This document shows positions 47,186 to 59,116 of a stretch of DNA of 64,000 bases, piece by piece. Where the stretch lies: NCBI RefSeq assembly GCF_028641065.1, contig NC_073405.1:3782001-3846000 (forward strand), given 5' to 3'. Source of the DNA: Leucoraja erinacea. Lineage: Eukaryota. The notes under the pieces were generated by a model. It made no database searches. It saw only the letters and a program-made list of their open reading frames with translations, and was not told where the DNA came from. How positions within the stretch are numbered: position 1 is the first letter of the stretch; each line of letters begins with the position of its first letter. Position numbers and translations under genes: made by a program.

Positions 47186-48623
47186 AAGTGTTTGTGGTGC
47201 CAATTTTGGCGTCACTTTGACTTGGACCCTGATAACTCTTCACATGGATTTATGGCAGGGGAGAGGCACATAGCAAATGAAACCATCAATGGGATCAACG
47301 AGAGTCGTTGTCTCAAAAAGGGGCAGCTGGCATCATCAGAAACCCTCACCATTCTTGCCATGCTCTCATTTCACTCTTGACATCGGGAAGAAGGTTTAGG
47401 AGCCCAAAAACTGTAACATCCAGCTTCAGGAGAAGCTTCCTCCCAACAACTAACTGTCAGGCTATTAACACTTTGCACAGAGATCAGAAAAAAACAGAGA
47501 AGTTTAAAATGAGGGCAATGGTAGACTTGTGGTCAATGAACACAGGGATATAGAATCAACAGGGTCGGGTCGAGACCCTTCTTCAGACTGATGTCCGGGG
47601 AGTAGGATTATACATAGATAAGGAAGTGTAAGGTGTGAAAACAGGGCAAAGGGAGTGGAGATCGAGGTAAATGTAGAATAGATCATTGTTAGCTGGGAGG
47701 TAGACAAAAATGCTGGAGAAACTCAGCGAGTGCGGGCAGCATCTATGGAGCGAAGGAAATAGGCAACGTTTCGGGCCCGAAACGTTGCCTATTTCCTTCG
47801 CTCCATAGGTGCTGCTGCACCCGCTGAGTTTCTCCAACATTTTTGTCTACCATCGATTTTCCAGCATCTGCAGTTCCTTCTTGAACACAATAAACTCACT
47901 TGAACTTGGGAAATGATATTTATGGGCAGCAGAGGGTGCTCTAAAAGAAAGACTAATGATATACACTAGCCTGAGATGAGATGATACGAACAATAGAACT
48001 TTATCCCAGGAGGGATATTGATCAGCCAACAGCCATCAATCACAAAATACATGAAGCACGAAATTAAAGTGACAAGTGGAAGGGATTGGAGATGTGCAAA
48101 GGTTGAGGAGGGGAGTCAGTCTACCCCATGACCAAGGGGGAGTTGTTGATGTTTGAGAGCCACAGGGAAGAAGGATCTCCTGTTTTAGTTTAGTTTAGAG
48201 ATGCAGCATGGAACCGTCTTCAGCCCACCGAGTCGGCCCCGACCACGGATTTCCTGTTGAGACTAGTTCTACGTTATCCCATTTCCACATATTTGAAAAT
48301 TGAAACTAATTTAAATGACACAAAATAATTGCCCTTTATCTCAAATGAGCACTCGGTTTACCATGACACTGGTTCAACACAAGCCATGGGAAATGTCCAC
48401 TGACTCAACACAGGAGTGGAAAGTCCAAGGCAGGAGTATGGTGGCGCAGCAGTAGAGCTACGACCTCACAACGCCAGAGACTAGGGTTCGATCCTGATTA
48501 CGGGTGCTGTCCGTACGGAGTTTGTACGGAGTTCTCCCTCGTGACCTGCGTGGGCTTTCTCCGAGATCTTCGGTTTCCTCCCACACTCCAAAGATGTACA
48601 GATTTGTAGGCTAATTGGCTTGG

Positions 48624-48793
48624 NNNNNNNNNNNNNNNNNNNNNNNNNNNNNNNNNNNNNNNNNNNNNNNNNNNNNNNNNNNNNNNNNNNNNNNNNNNNN
48701 NNNNNNNNNNNNNNNNNNNNNNNNNNNNNNNNNNNNNNNNNNNNNNNNNNNNNNNNNNNNNNNNNNNNNNNNNNNNNNNNNNNNNNNNNNNNN
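48624..48793. other. Assembly gap (170 N) inside a SINE
   Basis: Run of N. Confidence 0.99.
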
Positions 48794-49074
48794 AGCAGGT
48801 CGGTGCGGACTCGGTGGGCCGAAGGGCCCATTTCCGCGCTGTATCTCTAAACTAAAAACTCTTAAGTCTTAGAGTCTAAGTGCGGTGGTGAGCAAAGATC
48901 TGACCCATTGCGATTTCAAAATGTATTCATAGGCTGGACTGAATTCTGTAACACAGGATCTTGAAAGCAACGCCAATGACTAAAAGCTTTTCTTAAACCT
49001 ACAATCAATATCACAGTAATGGTGATACTTACAAATGGATTAACTGGAGCAATGTAACTCCATTGCTGATGACG

Positions 49075-49176
49075 CTATGCTGCTGTTGTATCGATGAGAT
49101 GCATTGTCCGAATACTAATTGGCACAGAGTCACTGTAGCCGCCCTTAGACTGCATCTGGTCGTGTACATCATTTAC
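49075..49176 (-). CDS. CDC42SE-like last coding segment with TAG (exon continues to a donor after 49033)
   Basis: ttgcag/ acceptor; QMQSKGGY motif; stop at 49077-49075. Confidence 0.92.
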   Translation of the reverse strand, partial: VNDVHDQMQSKGGYSDSVPISIRTMHLIDTTAA

Positions 49177-52100
49177 CTGCAACAGAACAAAATGAAATGG
49201 CTTGTTAATTGGATAAAAGTGCAATATTTTAATGCTGCACTGTCAAAACGTTCTTATTTTCTAACGAAGAATGTTGCTTGCTTTCAATTTATAGTTTGTT
49301 CAATATCCAAACATGTTATGAAAAATCAGTCAGGATATCAGCATACTTGCCAACCACTTCCTCGGGAGTGGCATCCAAGAATCACCACTTCTGCAGCACT
49401 CCAGCCAAGATTTGACCCCTCGTTTTTTAACTTAATATGCTTAGCACAAAGTTCACTTAGTACAAAGTGAATTAGCAGAAAACTTTAAGTGTGGAATAGG
49501 TCAGGAGGACACATTATTGGCAACAATGCTGAACACAAGATTCAACTGTCAGCTCCTTCTGCCAGTTTACCCACTAAACAAAAATCAGATTCATTTCTGG
49601 TTTCTGGAGGGAGAGACAGATTGCATTTTGCAACGATCTTTGGCAAAGATTCTCCTAGAGCATCACCCCCTACATCGAGAGAGTTAGTCGTCAAGTGCAG
49701 AGAATATTTTGACCGTACAAAATGTCGTGCCAGTTTCAATCCAAGGCCATTGAGTTAACTTGGGCAGTAAAAGGTAATTCTCAATATATTCAAGCTGAGC
49801 GCGACAAGAATGAGTTCCTCCAGGTCATTATGCAGACGTTGTCGTAAAAATGTGCTGACGCAGAGTGGAGGTTTGATCTCGCCAAGTTCACTTCACACCT
49901 CATGCTGTTAAGGAGCATATACTCCCTGTGGTTTCTGCTGAGTGCTTTGGTTTGTTCCTGCATCCCAAAGACCCAATTGGAGGGCTTGTGTTAGGAGGGA
50001 TTTGATAAACCGAGTCTGTTTTCTCTGGCGCAAAGGAGGCTGAGGTGTGACATGACTGAGGTACATTAAATTATGAAAGACATATACATGCTGAATAGCC
50101 AGCAGAGACACAAGAGACTGCCGATGCTGGAATCTTGAGCAAAACGCTAAGTGCCGGAGAAACTCAGCGGATCAGGCAGCGTCGGTGGAGGGAATGGACA
50201 GACGACGTCTTGGGTCAGGCTCCGCCATCAAACTGAGCACAGGAGTGGAGAGAAAGTTGTAAAAGGGCAGGTTGTGGAGATACTGACAAAGGCTCATGGT
50301 GAAAAGGAGACAAGAGGGAGGCACATAAGAAAACAGGAGGAATTAAATGTAAAGCAGGAGGGGGGGGGGATATGGGTGAAGAACGCCTGGAAAAGAGGGG
50401 GGGGGGGAGAAAAAAGGCATTGTGGGACTCTGGGCTGGGAGATGAGTGGGTGAAAGGTGGATGTAGGCGGGGGGCAGGTTGTGGGAGATCGCTGACAAAG
50501 GCTCATGGTGAAAAGGAGACAAGAGGGAGGCACATAAGAAACAGGAGGAATTAAATGTAAAGCAGGAGGGGGGGGGGATATGGGTGGAAGAGGACGGGGG
50601 GAGTAAGGAAAAGAGGGGGGGGGGAGAAAAAGGCATTGTGGGACTCTGGGCTGGGAGATGAGTGGGAGAAAGAAACTGGGTGAACGGGGGAAGGGGGAAA
50701 TTGTGGGGAAAAGTAATCGCACAAGGTTGGGGGATATTACTTGAAATTGTATAACTCAATGTCCATAACGTTGGGTTGTTGGCTGCCCAAGCGGAACATG
50801 TGGCGCTGATCTTCTAGTCTGCGTGTAACCTTGTTCTGGCAATGGAGGCGGTCAGCGCCAGCGTCCTCTCTCCCTTCTGACAGCCATCTTGGACACAAAA
50901 TCTAAAATCTCTGCCTATTCCACTGACACTTCCACACACAAAAATCATCCCAACTCCTTCCTCAGGAGCCACAAGTGGTCCTGTGCCACTGTGGGGGGGA
51001 AGGGGGTAACAATGTCCAGGTCCCCATCCCCAGTTCTCCCAAAGTCAGGCCTATTGAGGCCTCCGCTATTGCCTCTACGGAGGCCCGATGTTCCTGGCCG
51101 TTCTGGCCGGGTGCTGTTGCCCCGGCGTCGGGAGAGTCCTCTCAGTGGCTGGGCCACCTAACTGGAGACCGCGGCTTCCGAAGCCGACAAGGCCGCGCTG
51201 GTTTGGAGCTCCCAGGCTCCCGATGTTGAAGTCGGCGCCGCCCAGATGGCTGTCGGAAGGGAGAGTCCACTCCGCGCGGTTTTGGCTGCCGCTGCTCTCT
51301 CTTCATATTGTGTTTTTTGAGGTGTCTTTGAAATTCTCGGCGGTCACAGCTTTTACCGGATATGTTTTTTTACCAGTAAGTGTCGATCCAGCGCGGCGAC
51401 CCAGGCAAAATTTATTATTATCGCCCTTAGCTCCGCGACCTAGCCTAGCTCCCCACTAGTGCTGTGCCATCCACACGAAGCAAGCCTTTCACTATGCTGG
51501 GCAGAGGTCCCCCACTCCTATGTGACTGATCAACTGATCTCCGTAACATCCACGCCCACAAACATGGCAGGCCACCAGGCCACGGGTTTTCACTCTGCTA
51601 CCCTCTGGGAGGCGATTACAGGTCTCTGAGAAAAAGCGATAAAAATACCGACTCTAACAGGTAGGGGGGACCAATAATTCGAAATATTTCTTACCCCCTT
51701 TTTAATACCATTTATTATTTTCTTTACTGAAAAGTCTATTTTGTGTTGTACAGTTGTTGTGCAATGACAATAAACATATTTCATTTCACATGCTCACATG
51801 CTCACTGTAATGAACTGCTAGAAAGCATAGAACATTACAATTGAAAAATAACTTGTAAGCTTTCAGAATAGGTGAGAGACACTTACAGAGTGAATTTGTT
51901 CGCCGAACATATCTCCAGCCCCCATGTGAGATGTGTGAACAAAGTTTGTTGGCTCTCCGATCATGGTCCTATCTATCCGTCGCCTCCTTTTCTGCGAAAG
52001 TAGTACAGATATTAACGGTGTGACTCTACAGAACTTTAACGCAGGGGTACGCTAGCAGTGAGGAGACAACACAGCTGGAATGATACATGATATCTACAAC

Positions 52101-53144
52101 GGAAAGCAAGCATGAGAAATACACCCTCCAACCTCATCTACTGTATCCGTTATACATCGGCGAGACCGAACAAAGACTGGGCGATCGATTCGCTGAACAC
52201 CTTTTCTCAGTCCGCCTGATCTCCCGGTTGCGAAACACTTTATTTCCCCTTCCCATTCCCACACTGACCTTTCTGATCTAGGCCTCCTCCATTGTCAGAG
52301 TGAAGCTAAACGCAAATGGGAGCAACAGCATCTCATATTTCTCTTGGGCAGCTTACAGCCTAGTGGTATGAATATTGATTTCTCCAACTTCAAGTAACCC
52401 TTGCATTCCCTCTCCCACCCAACTCGTACCAGCTTCAAAGTCATCTTGTTGAGTCTCATTGTCTGTACCTGTTCGTTCCCACCTGGGCCACAGCTAACAA
52501 TTGCCCTCTTTCCTTTATCATCGTTTGTTTTTTGCATATCTTTCATTCATTTGTTCTATATCTCCCCACATCACCGTCTATTTCTCTTGTTTCCCTTTCC
52601 CCTGACCCTCAGTCTGAATCTGAAGAAGGGTCTCGACCCGAAACGTCGCCTATTCCTTTTCGCCAGAGATGCTGCCTGACCCGCTGGGTTACTCCAGATT
52701 TTTATGTTTGTCTTCGGTTTAAACCAGCATCTGCATTTCCTTCCTACGCAGGAAAAATACATCCTTTATAAAGGTTTTCTCCCATCTAAATATGATTACG
52801 TAGCAGCTTAGTCTGAGCGGAAAGGCAATCCAAACCAGTAAATAGGCATCGCAATACTCATGCGTGATAGATGTTAGATATGGTTATTTCTCTCAGCTTG
52901 TGCAATCTAAATGTGCCAAACAAGGGCATCCAGGAATACAAAGAGCAGATGGTACTTCTGTTCAAATCACTGTGCCTTCTCTGTTGAATGTTTATAACAA
53001 ACTACTCTACGCCATTAATAATGTTCTGTACATTATAAAATCAATAAGCAGCTAAACCGTGGGAATCGTGATTGTAAACAGCACACTCACCGGCTGTGGT
53101 TGTTCTGCAATGCAGCAGTTGAAACATAACCAGAATTCGCTCAT
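49075..53144 (-). CDS. CDC42SE2: CDC42 small effector (SPEC/CDC42SE family), CDC42SE2-like; join(53144..53091,51991..51887,49176..49075), 86 aa
   Basis: Translation [18 protein letters not shown]|[35 protein letters not shown]|[33 protein letters not shown] has the N-terminal CC, a basic patch, the CRIB motif [11 protein letters not shown] and QMQSKGGY. All junctions are phase 0 GT-AG. Whether it is an orthologue or a paralogue of CDC42SE2 is uncertain. Confidence 0.9.
50266..50666 (+). repeat. Tandem duplication, about 200-bp unit x2, inside a Penelope remnant
   Basis: GGCAGGTTGTGG...GACTCTGGGCTGGGAGATGAGTGGG repeated at ~50266 and ~50472. Confidence 0.88.
51887..51991 (-). CDS. CDC42SE-like CRIB exon
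   Basis: 105 nt, cgcag/ ... /gtaagt; CRIB motif. Confidence 0.94.
52138..52750 (+). mobile_element. Penelope-like element 3' end: GIY-YIG endonuclease remnant plus pLTR
   Basis: [18 protein letters not shown], then remnants of the ORF C-terminus, then the pLTR with CTGAAGA...GAAACGTC. Similar remnants at ~18045-18410(-), 28170-28895(+), 42148-42735(+) and 50110-50850(-). Confidence 0.8.
53091..53144 (-). CDS. CDC42SE-like first coding segment [18 protein letters not shown] (exon extends 5' to about 53366)
   Basis: CCG/gtgagt donor; upstream acceptor tttctacag/ at 53367. Confidence 0.92.
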
Positions 53145-54444
53145 TCTTACAAGCTACTCCGCAATATTTGGCAAATCCAGAATCACTTGGCGATAAGAGA
53201 AGTCCCAAAGAAACCAAGTGGTGTGAATGTTACACGGCACTACGAATGTGAATTTGTGGGCCAGAGTCCAACAGTCAGGCAAGCTTATTATTGGTCTTCC
53301 GACTTCAAAGTTTCTCCTTCCAACGCTGCAGCAGGTGAGTGTTTCCCCGGTCCTGTTTTATCCAATCTGTAGAAACAAAAGAAATATTTGTTTTTCGTGA
53401 AACAAATCTCTTTTTTGGATTTTCTAATTGCCTCTGTGCCCTGCGCGGTTAGACACCAATGAAATGCGGGCTGGCCATCTACACAATGACTTTAAATAGA
53501 AAATATTGTTCCCATAGTGACTGAAGGAGCTCATCTGGCAAGGATTCACTGCAAATAATATTGTATGTTCTCAGTTTCAATTCCAAGTCAAGTGCTATAT
53601 TCGGAGGCACTAACAGTCGATGCAGTTAATGAATTAAAAACATGGCTTCATGATCCTGATCTAAATGAATAGTTTCTGTGATGAATGTTTCGAAAACCAC
53701 CGCTGTGCAATACCAAGTCAAAGTCTGCAATCTAGTATGTGTAGCAAGGAACTCCAGATGCTTGTTTAAACCGAAGATAGACACGAAGAGCTGTGATAAC
53801 AGCGGGTCAGATAGCATCTCTGGAGAAAAGGAATGGGTGACATTTCGGGTCGAGACCCTTCTTCAATCTGAGGAAGGCAAGCCCGAAAAATACGTAATTT
53901 ATAAAGGTTTTCCTCCATCCAAATCTGAAGAAGGGTCTCCACCCGAAACGTCACCTATTCATTTTCTCCAGAGATGCAGTCTGACCCGCTGAGCTACTCC
54001 AGCTTTTTGTGTCTATCTGCAACCTAGTATCCTACTTTACAAAGAGTCAGCCGAGTAAACAGTTCCGTGCAAGAGGCACGCTTCAGGGAAAGCAGACACT
54101 GGCAAGGACAATCCATCTGGATCCAACAATGCCATTTTGTGCACCATAAATCAAAACCTTAGTAACAACCAATCATAGTGTGTCAATGGAAAATCTGCAA
54201 AAGGGAATGCGAAAAGCCACAGACGCCCAAAGCCATAGGTGAATTATGTGTCCTTCAGCCAACAGATTCACAGGACAGGAGGAAGAAAATCTCCATCAGA
54301 AAAGTTGCAAACTATTAAAAAAAAGAAAGCATCATTTTCAATTGCTTCAAATGTCTAATTGGCACCACTGTAGGAAAAGCACACGATTTGCTAGCTTTAT
54401 AATATACAGCTTGCTCTCAAGTCACAGCCAAGCAATAAACTCAC

Positions 54445-54663
54445 CTCAAATCACTGCACAATCAATGTTTTCAAATGGATGGGGCACCTCTGACTGCTGG
54501 ACAGGACACTAGCGTTGTTAGGCACCAAGATTTGTCTATGGATTTCCCCCTCCCAGTATTTTGGTCGGTTGCCCTATGACTCAGAGACTTACAGCATTTG
54601 TCAACGTCTTTATACTGTAGTCATTACCCAGTTAGTCAGACATTGTGGTAATCTTCTGGAGCA
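54445..54663 (-). other. Putative 5'UTR exon of the CDC42SE-like gene (alternative donors at 54592 and 54444)
   Basis: tatttatttcag/ acceptor; donors /gtaagt and GAG/gtgagt in unique sequence. Confidence 0.5.
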
Positions 54664-54772
54664 CTGAAATAAATATCTTCAGTAAAATACTTCAACACAA
54701 GAGCCGACTCTCCCACAATCTTTTGCTAACTCATTGCACAGAAGAATCTCAATCCAGTTGAATCCATAATCT

Positions 54773-54972
54773 TGTTTAAGAAGGAACTGCAGATGCTGGA
54801 GAATCGAAGGTTACACAAAAAAGCTGGAGAAACTCAGCGGGTGCAGCAGCATCTATGGAGCGAAGGAAATAGGCAACAAGGAAGAAGGGTTTCGGCCCGA
54901 AACGTTGCCTATTTCCTTCGCTCCATAGATGCTGCTGCACCCGCTGAGTTTCTCCAGCTTTTTTGTGTAACC
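54773..54972. mobile_element. Penelope pLTR-derived fold-back insertion with 14-bp target duplication
   Basis: TGAATCCATAATCT at 54759-54772 and 54973-54986 flanks inverted pLTR arms. Confidence 0.85.
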
Positions 54973-56446
54973 TGAATCCATAATCTGTTGACTGGGAAAT
55001 TAGAGCACGGAATATTCAGGTCATCTCGGCCCTACAAAAGATTTCAGTTTCTGTGCCGAACAAATTTTTTTCACCAACTTATGGAATAGTAGATGCTTCT
55101 GCACTCAACTTTCAATAACCCTACCATAAATTGACTTCTCAGGTCCATATGCCTAAATGCAATTTATTTAAATAAATGATACCACAGAAAGCTGGACTGC
55201 CTCCACAGCATCTGTGGAAAGAAGAACTGGAAGCTCATTCCAAAATAGACCAAACTGCAGTAACTCTCGATTGAAGAAGGAGATTAAAGAAGGGTCTCCC
55301 CCCCATCATATTTCCCTGCCTAAACTTCTGTCCCTTATTTTGAAGTTTTATGTCCCTCTTAGTGTTATGAATCTTCCCTATTCGTCAAAGGGATAAGCCG
55401 TGTCCAAGAATCACATCAACTCGGTCTATCCCTCTCATCATTTTAAAGACCTCTATCAAGTCCCCCCTAACCTCATGGGGTCCAGCATTTTGTGTCTCTC
55501 TTTGGTTCAAACCAACATCTGCAGTTCCTTCCTACACATTTCCTTACAAGGGTTTACTCTGAGGGAACAAACTCCTGTTTTGATTAAGACAATTTCCCAG
55601 AGTGACAGCACCCATCTTTGCTGGAATAATGCCGCAGAGAAAAGTCATCCTGTTTTAATTGTGATAAAACCCCATGAGGTCAGGTATTTGTTACTTGGGG
55701 TTACTGCCCCGTAAACAATGAATTCCTTTACAATGGGTGCCCTCCTGCTGACACAATCACCCTCCTTAACGCAGAAAAACAACTGGTTAGTGATGTGATG
55801 CTTGGACCACGGCACCTTGTCCTTTCCTGACGTAAACCAAAACCCACTGAGTCAGGGCTTTCTGCAAAGTTCTGGTTCTGAGCTAATTGAGCAAGTGTGG
55901 TGCATTATAATGAAAGGACTGAGTGAAGGCAACAATTTGAACCCCTGTGGATAACAGAAATGTGCATTTTTTCCCCAAACCACAGGTAGGATTCTGCCTC
56001 CCCTTTAGCGCTAGTAAGATAAAGAATGTACATTAAAGGAACTTTAATTGTGAGATTAAGGTAACAGGTTACAGCAAATCCAACGGTGAAATAGCATGTA
56101 GCAAATTGAAGGTTGTTTGATCAGTTTCTGATTGAAATTGCAGGTTAATATTTTTGCAGGGTCTCCTAGGATCTGTAACTTTCCATCTTACTGTCTACAT
56201 TCATAGAAAAACGACTTGCACTTGTATTATGGCAGGAATGTTCTGTAATTTTTGAAGCAATCTTTATTTAATAAATTGCGCATGCAACTAGCAGCTTTAA
56301 TGACTAATTTGGCTAAGACAGTGAGTCATTGAACCATCAGTGCAGAGAAATGGTGAATTACATCGGTGGTGATGTCAAAGAAGTTGATCTCATCTGAGTT
56401 AGCACCAGGGACCTTATATAATTTCCCTGTACATGACACCAAGCAG

Positions 56447-56856
56447 TTGAAGTTTAGAAGGATGAGAGGGAATCTCATTGAAACATATAAGATTGTTAAG
56501 GGCTTGGACATGATAGAGGCAGGAAACATGTTCCCGATGTTGGGAGAGTCCAGAACCAGGGGCCGCAGTTTAAGAATAAGGAGTAGGCCATTTAGAACGG
56601 AGACGAGGAAACACTTTTTCTCACAGAGAGTGGTGAGTCTGTGGAATTATCTGCCTCAGAGGGTGGTGGAGGCAGGTTCTCTGGATGCTTTCAAGAGAGA
56701 CCTAGGTAGGGCTCTTAAAAATAGCAGAGTCAGGGGATATGGGGAGAAGGCAGGAGGGGGGTACTGATTGGGGATGATCAGCCATGATCACATTGAATGG
56801 TGGTGCTGGCTCGAAGGGCCAAATGGCCTACTCCTGCACCTATTGTCTATTGTCTA
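56447..56856 (+). mobile_element. CR1 LINE 3' end
   Basis: FRRMRGNLIETYKI...GYGEKAG. Confidence 0.85.
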
Positions 56857-57596
56857 TAAAAAAAGGGGGGGGGGGGGGAGAATAATTTGGGCAAAGCTCA
56901 GCTTTAAAGATACTTCAGTATCTCATACCAACTCAAAATTCTTCAACTAAATTCACAGATATTGGATCAATCATGGGTATGGAGAGAAGGCAGGGATGGG
57001 ATACTGAGTTGGATGATAAGCCATGATCATATCGAATGGCGGTGCAGGCTCGAAGGGCCGAAGGGCCGAATGGCCTACTCCTGCACCTATTTTTCTATGT
57101 CCTATGTCTATCATGAAATTGCCCAGGAAATGTATATCCTGATCGAACATCGTTCACACAGAAAGAATACGATGCAATACCTGGTAATTAAGGAAGAAAA
57201 CATTGTATTGTCAAAACTATGCACAGATTAGGGATCATTTCTAGAAACATTCATAAAAGACTGAAACTAATACAAGTTTGTCACAGTATGAACATCAATT
57301 TTAAGCTGGCCGCAGCTGCATCAAGGATTTAAAACATCTTGTTTCAATGCTGGGTTTTTGCTCGCAAACTGCAATTGCCTTCTATATACCTCGTCCAATT
57401 TACAAGCAGTAATGCCCCATGATTGCCAACAGCACAAGCCCAGGGAAAGACATGCAATCAGGGGAGGGGGAGGCCAGGCATGCAGCCAGGGAAGGGAGAT
57501 GCAACACTGTCATTCCTCTACACAAAATATTGACAACCCAAATTCCCAGGAGTCAATATCACCAACAATTTCTCCTGGACCACCCATTTTGAGGCA

Positions 57597-58200
57597 ATGA
57601 CCAAGAAAGTACACAAACACCTCTACTTCCTTAGAAGGCTTAGGAAGTTCGGCACATCCTCTACAACTCTCAGTAACTTCTACAGATGCAACATAGAAAG
57701 CATTTTATTGGGATGCATCACAGCTCCATCCAAGACCGCAAGAAATTGCAACAAATTGTGGACGCAGCCCAGACCATCACACAAACCAACCTCCCTACCA
57801 CTGACTCCATTTATACCTCATGCTGCTTCGGCAAGGCCAGCAGCATAATCGAGAACAAGTCGCACACTGTCCACTCCCTCTTCTCCCCAGGCAAAAGGTA
57901 TGGTAGTGTGAAAACGCACACTTCCAGATACAGGACAGTTTCTACCCGGCTGTTATCAGGCAAATGAATCATCCTACCACAACCAGAGAACAGTGCTGAA
58001 CTACTATCTACTTCTTTGGTGACCCTCGGACTATCCTTGATCGGACTTTGCTGGCTTTACCTTGCACTAAAAACGTTATTCCCTTATCATGTATCTATAC
58101 ACTGTAAATGGATTGATTGCAATCATGTATTGACTTTCTGCTAACTGGCTAGCATGGAACAAAAGCTTTTTACTGCACCTTTTCGGTATTAAACTGAAAC
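57597..58200 (+). mobile_element. Rex1/Babar-like LINE 3' fragment
   Basis: KK...LYFLRRLRKFG.S..TL.NFYRC.IESIL..CIT motif typical of Rex1-type ORF ends; related 3' pieces at ~14510-14830 and 47290-47470. Confidence 0.7.
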
Positions 58201-58501
58201 TGTGTAGGAACTGCAGATGCTAGTTTACACCGAAGAGAGACACAAAATGCTGGTGCATCTCGGCAGGACAGGCAGCATCTCTGGAGAAAAGTAATGGGTG
58301 ACATTCAGTCTGAAGGAGGGTCCCGACCTGACTTCATAATAAATCTCACCCCCTCCATAATACACACTGGTCAACCTGAGGAGCACCTGTAGCAACAGAC
58401 CGGTTCCGCCAAGAAGCAGGACAGAACACCACAGGAGATCCTTCTTCCCTGTGGCTATCAAACTGTACAACTCCTCTCCTTTCTGCCGTGGGTTAGACCG
58501 A

Positions 58502-58936
58502 TGCCCCTGTCCCACTTAGGCAAATTTTTTAGGCGACTACAGGCTAGTAGGCTGTCGCCACATGCTCGCCGGGGTGTTGCCTGTATGGTCGTGAGTAGTC
58601 TCGTCAGTCGAGCAAAGAATCGTAGCGTTTTTCTGGATTTTGAAATGCTTAAAACTTTTCGGCGACAGTCGGCTTGACGCCAATGAACGTAGCTTGACTT
58701 CTCCAGACGTACGTGGTGTCGTAGGTTGTCGCCATAATGACGTAGGTGCTGTCGTAGGTTGTCGCCGGTGCTGACTTCGGTGAATTCCATTGGCGACTAC
58801 CAACGTCAACCAGCGACATGTACCTTGTGGGTAGCTTGCGGGTAGCTGGACTTCGACTAGGTGGTAGGTTGTTGTAGACATTGTCGTAGGGGGGGAGACA
58901 GTCGCCGAAAAAAATCGCCTAAATGGTACAGGCCCT
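58502..58936. mobile_element. PIF/Harbinger-like MITE with GTCGTAG/GTCGCC-rich interior
   Basis: GCCCCTGTCCCACTTAGGC ... GCCTAAATGGTACAGGCCC termini; subterminal inverted GGCGAC/GTCGCC. Confidence 0.65.
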
Positions 58937-58969
58937 TCCCTGTGAGACCTCCTCCTCCCACCCATCACC

Positions 58970-59016
<47 letters not shown>

Positions 59017-59116
59017 ACCCCCCCCCCCCCCCCCCAATGTTTGCACAACTCTATTCTTGGACTTATCCACTCGTTACTTTGATTTTCATGTTTCATGCAT
59101 TTTGTTGTGTTTTATA

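Noticed and set aside
49347-49482. Exon-like segment in the CDC42SE-like intron (aag/ ... /gtatgc)
   Set aside because: 136 nt, out of phase with the flanking phase-0 exons, with a stop in the incoming frame; the protein is complete without it.
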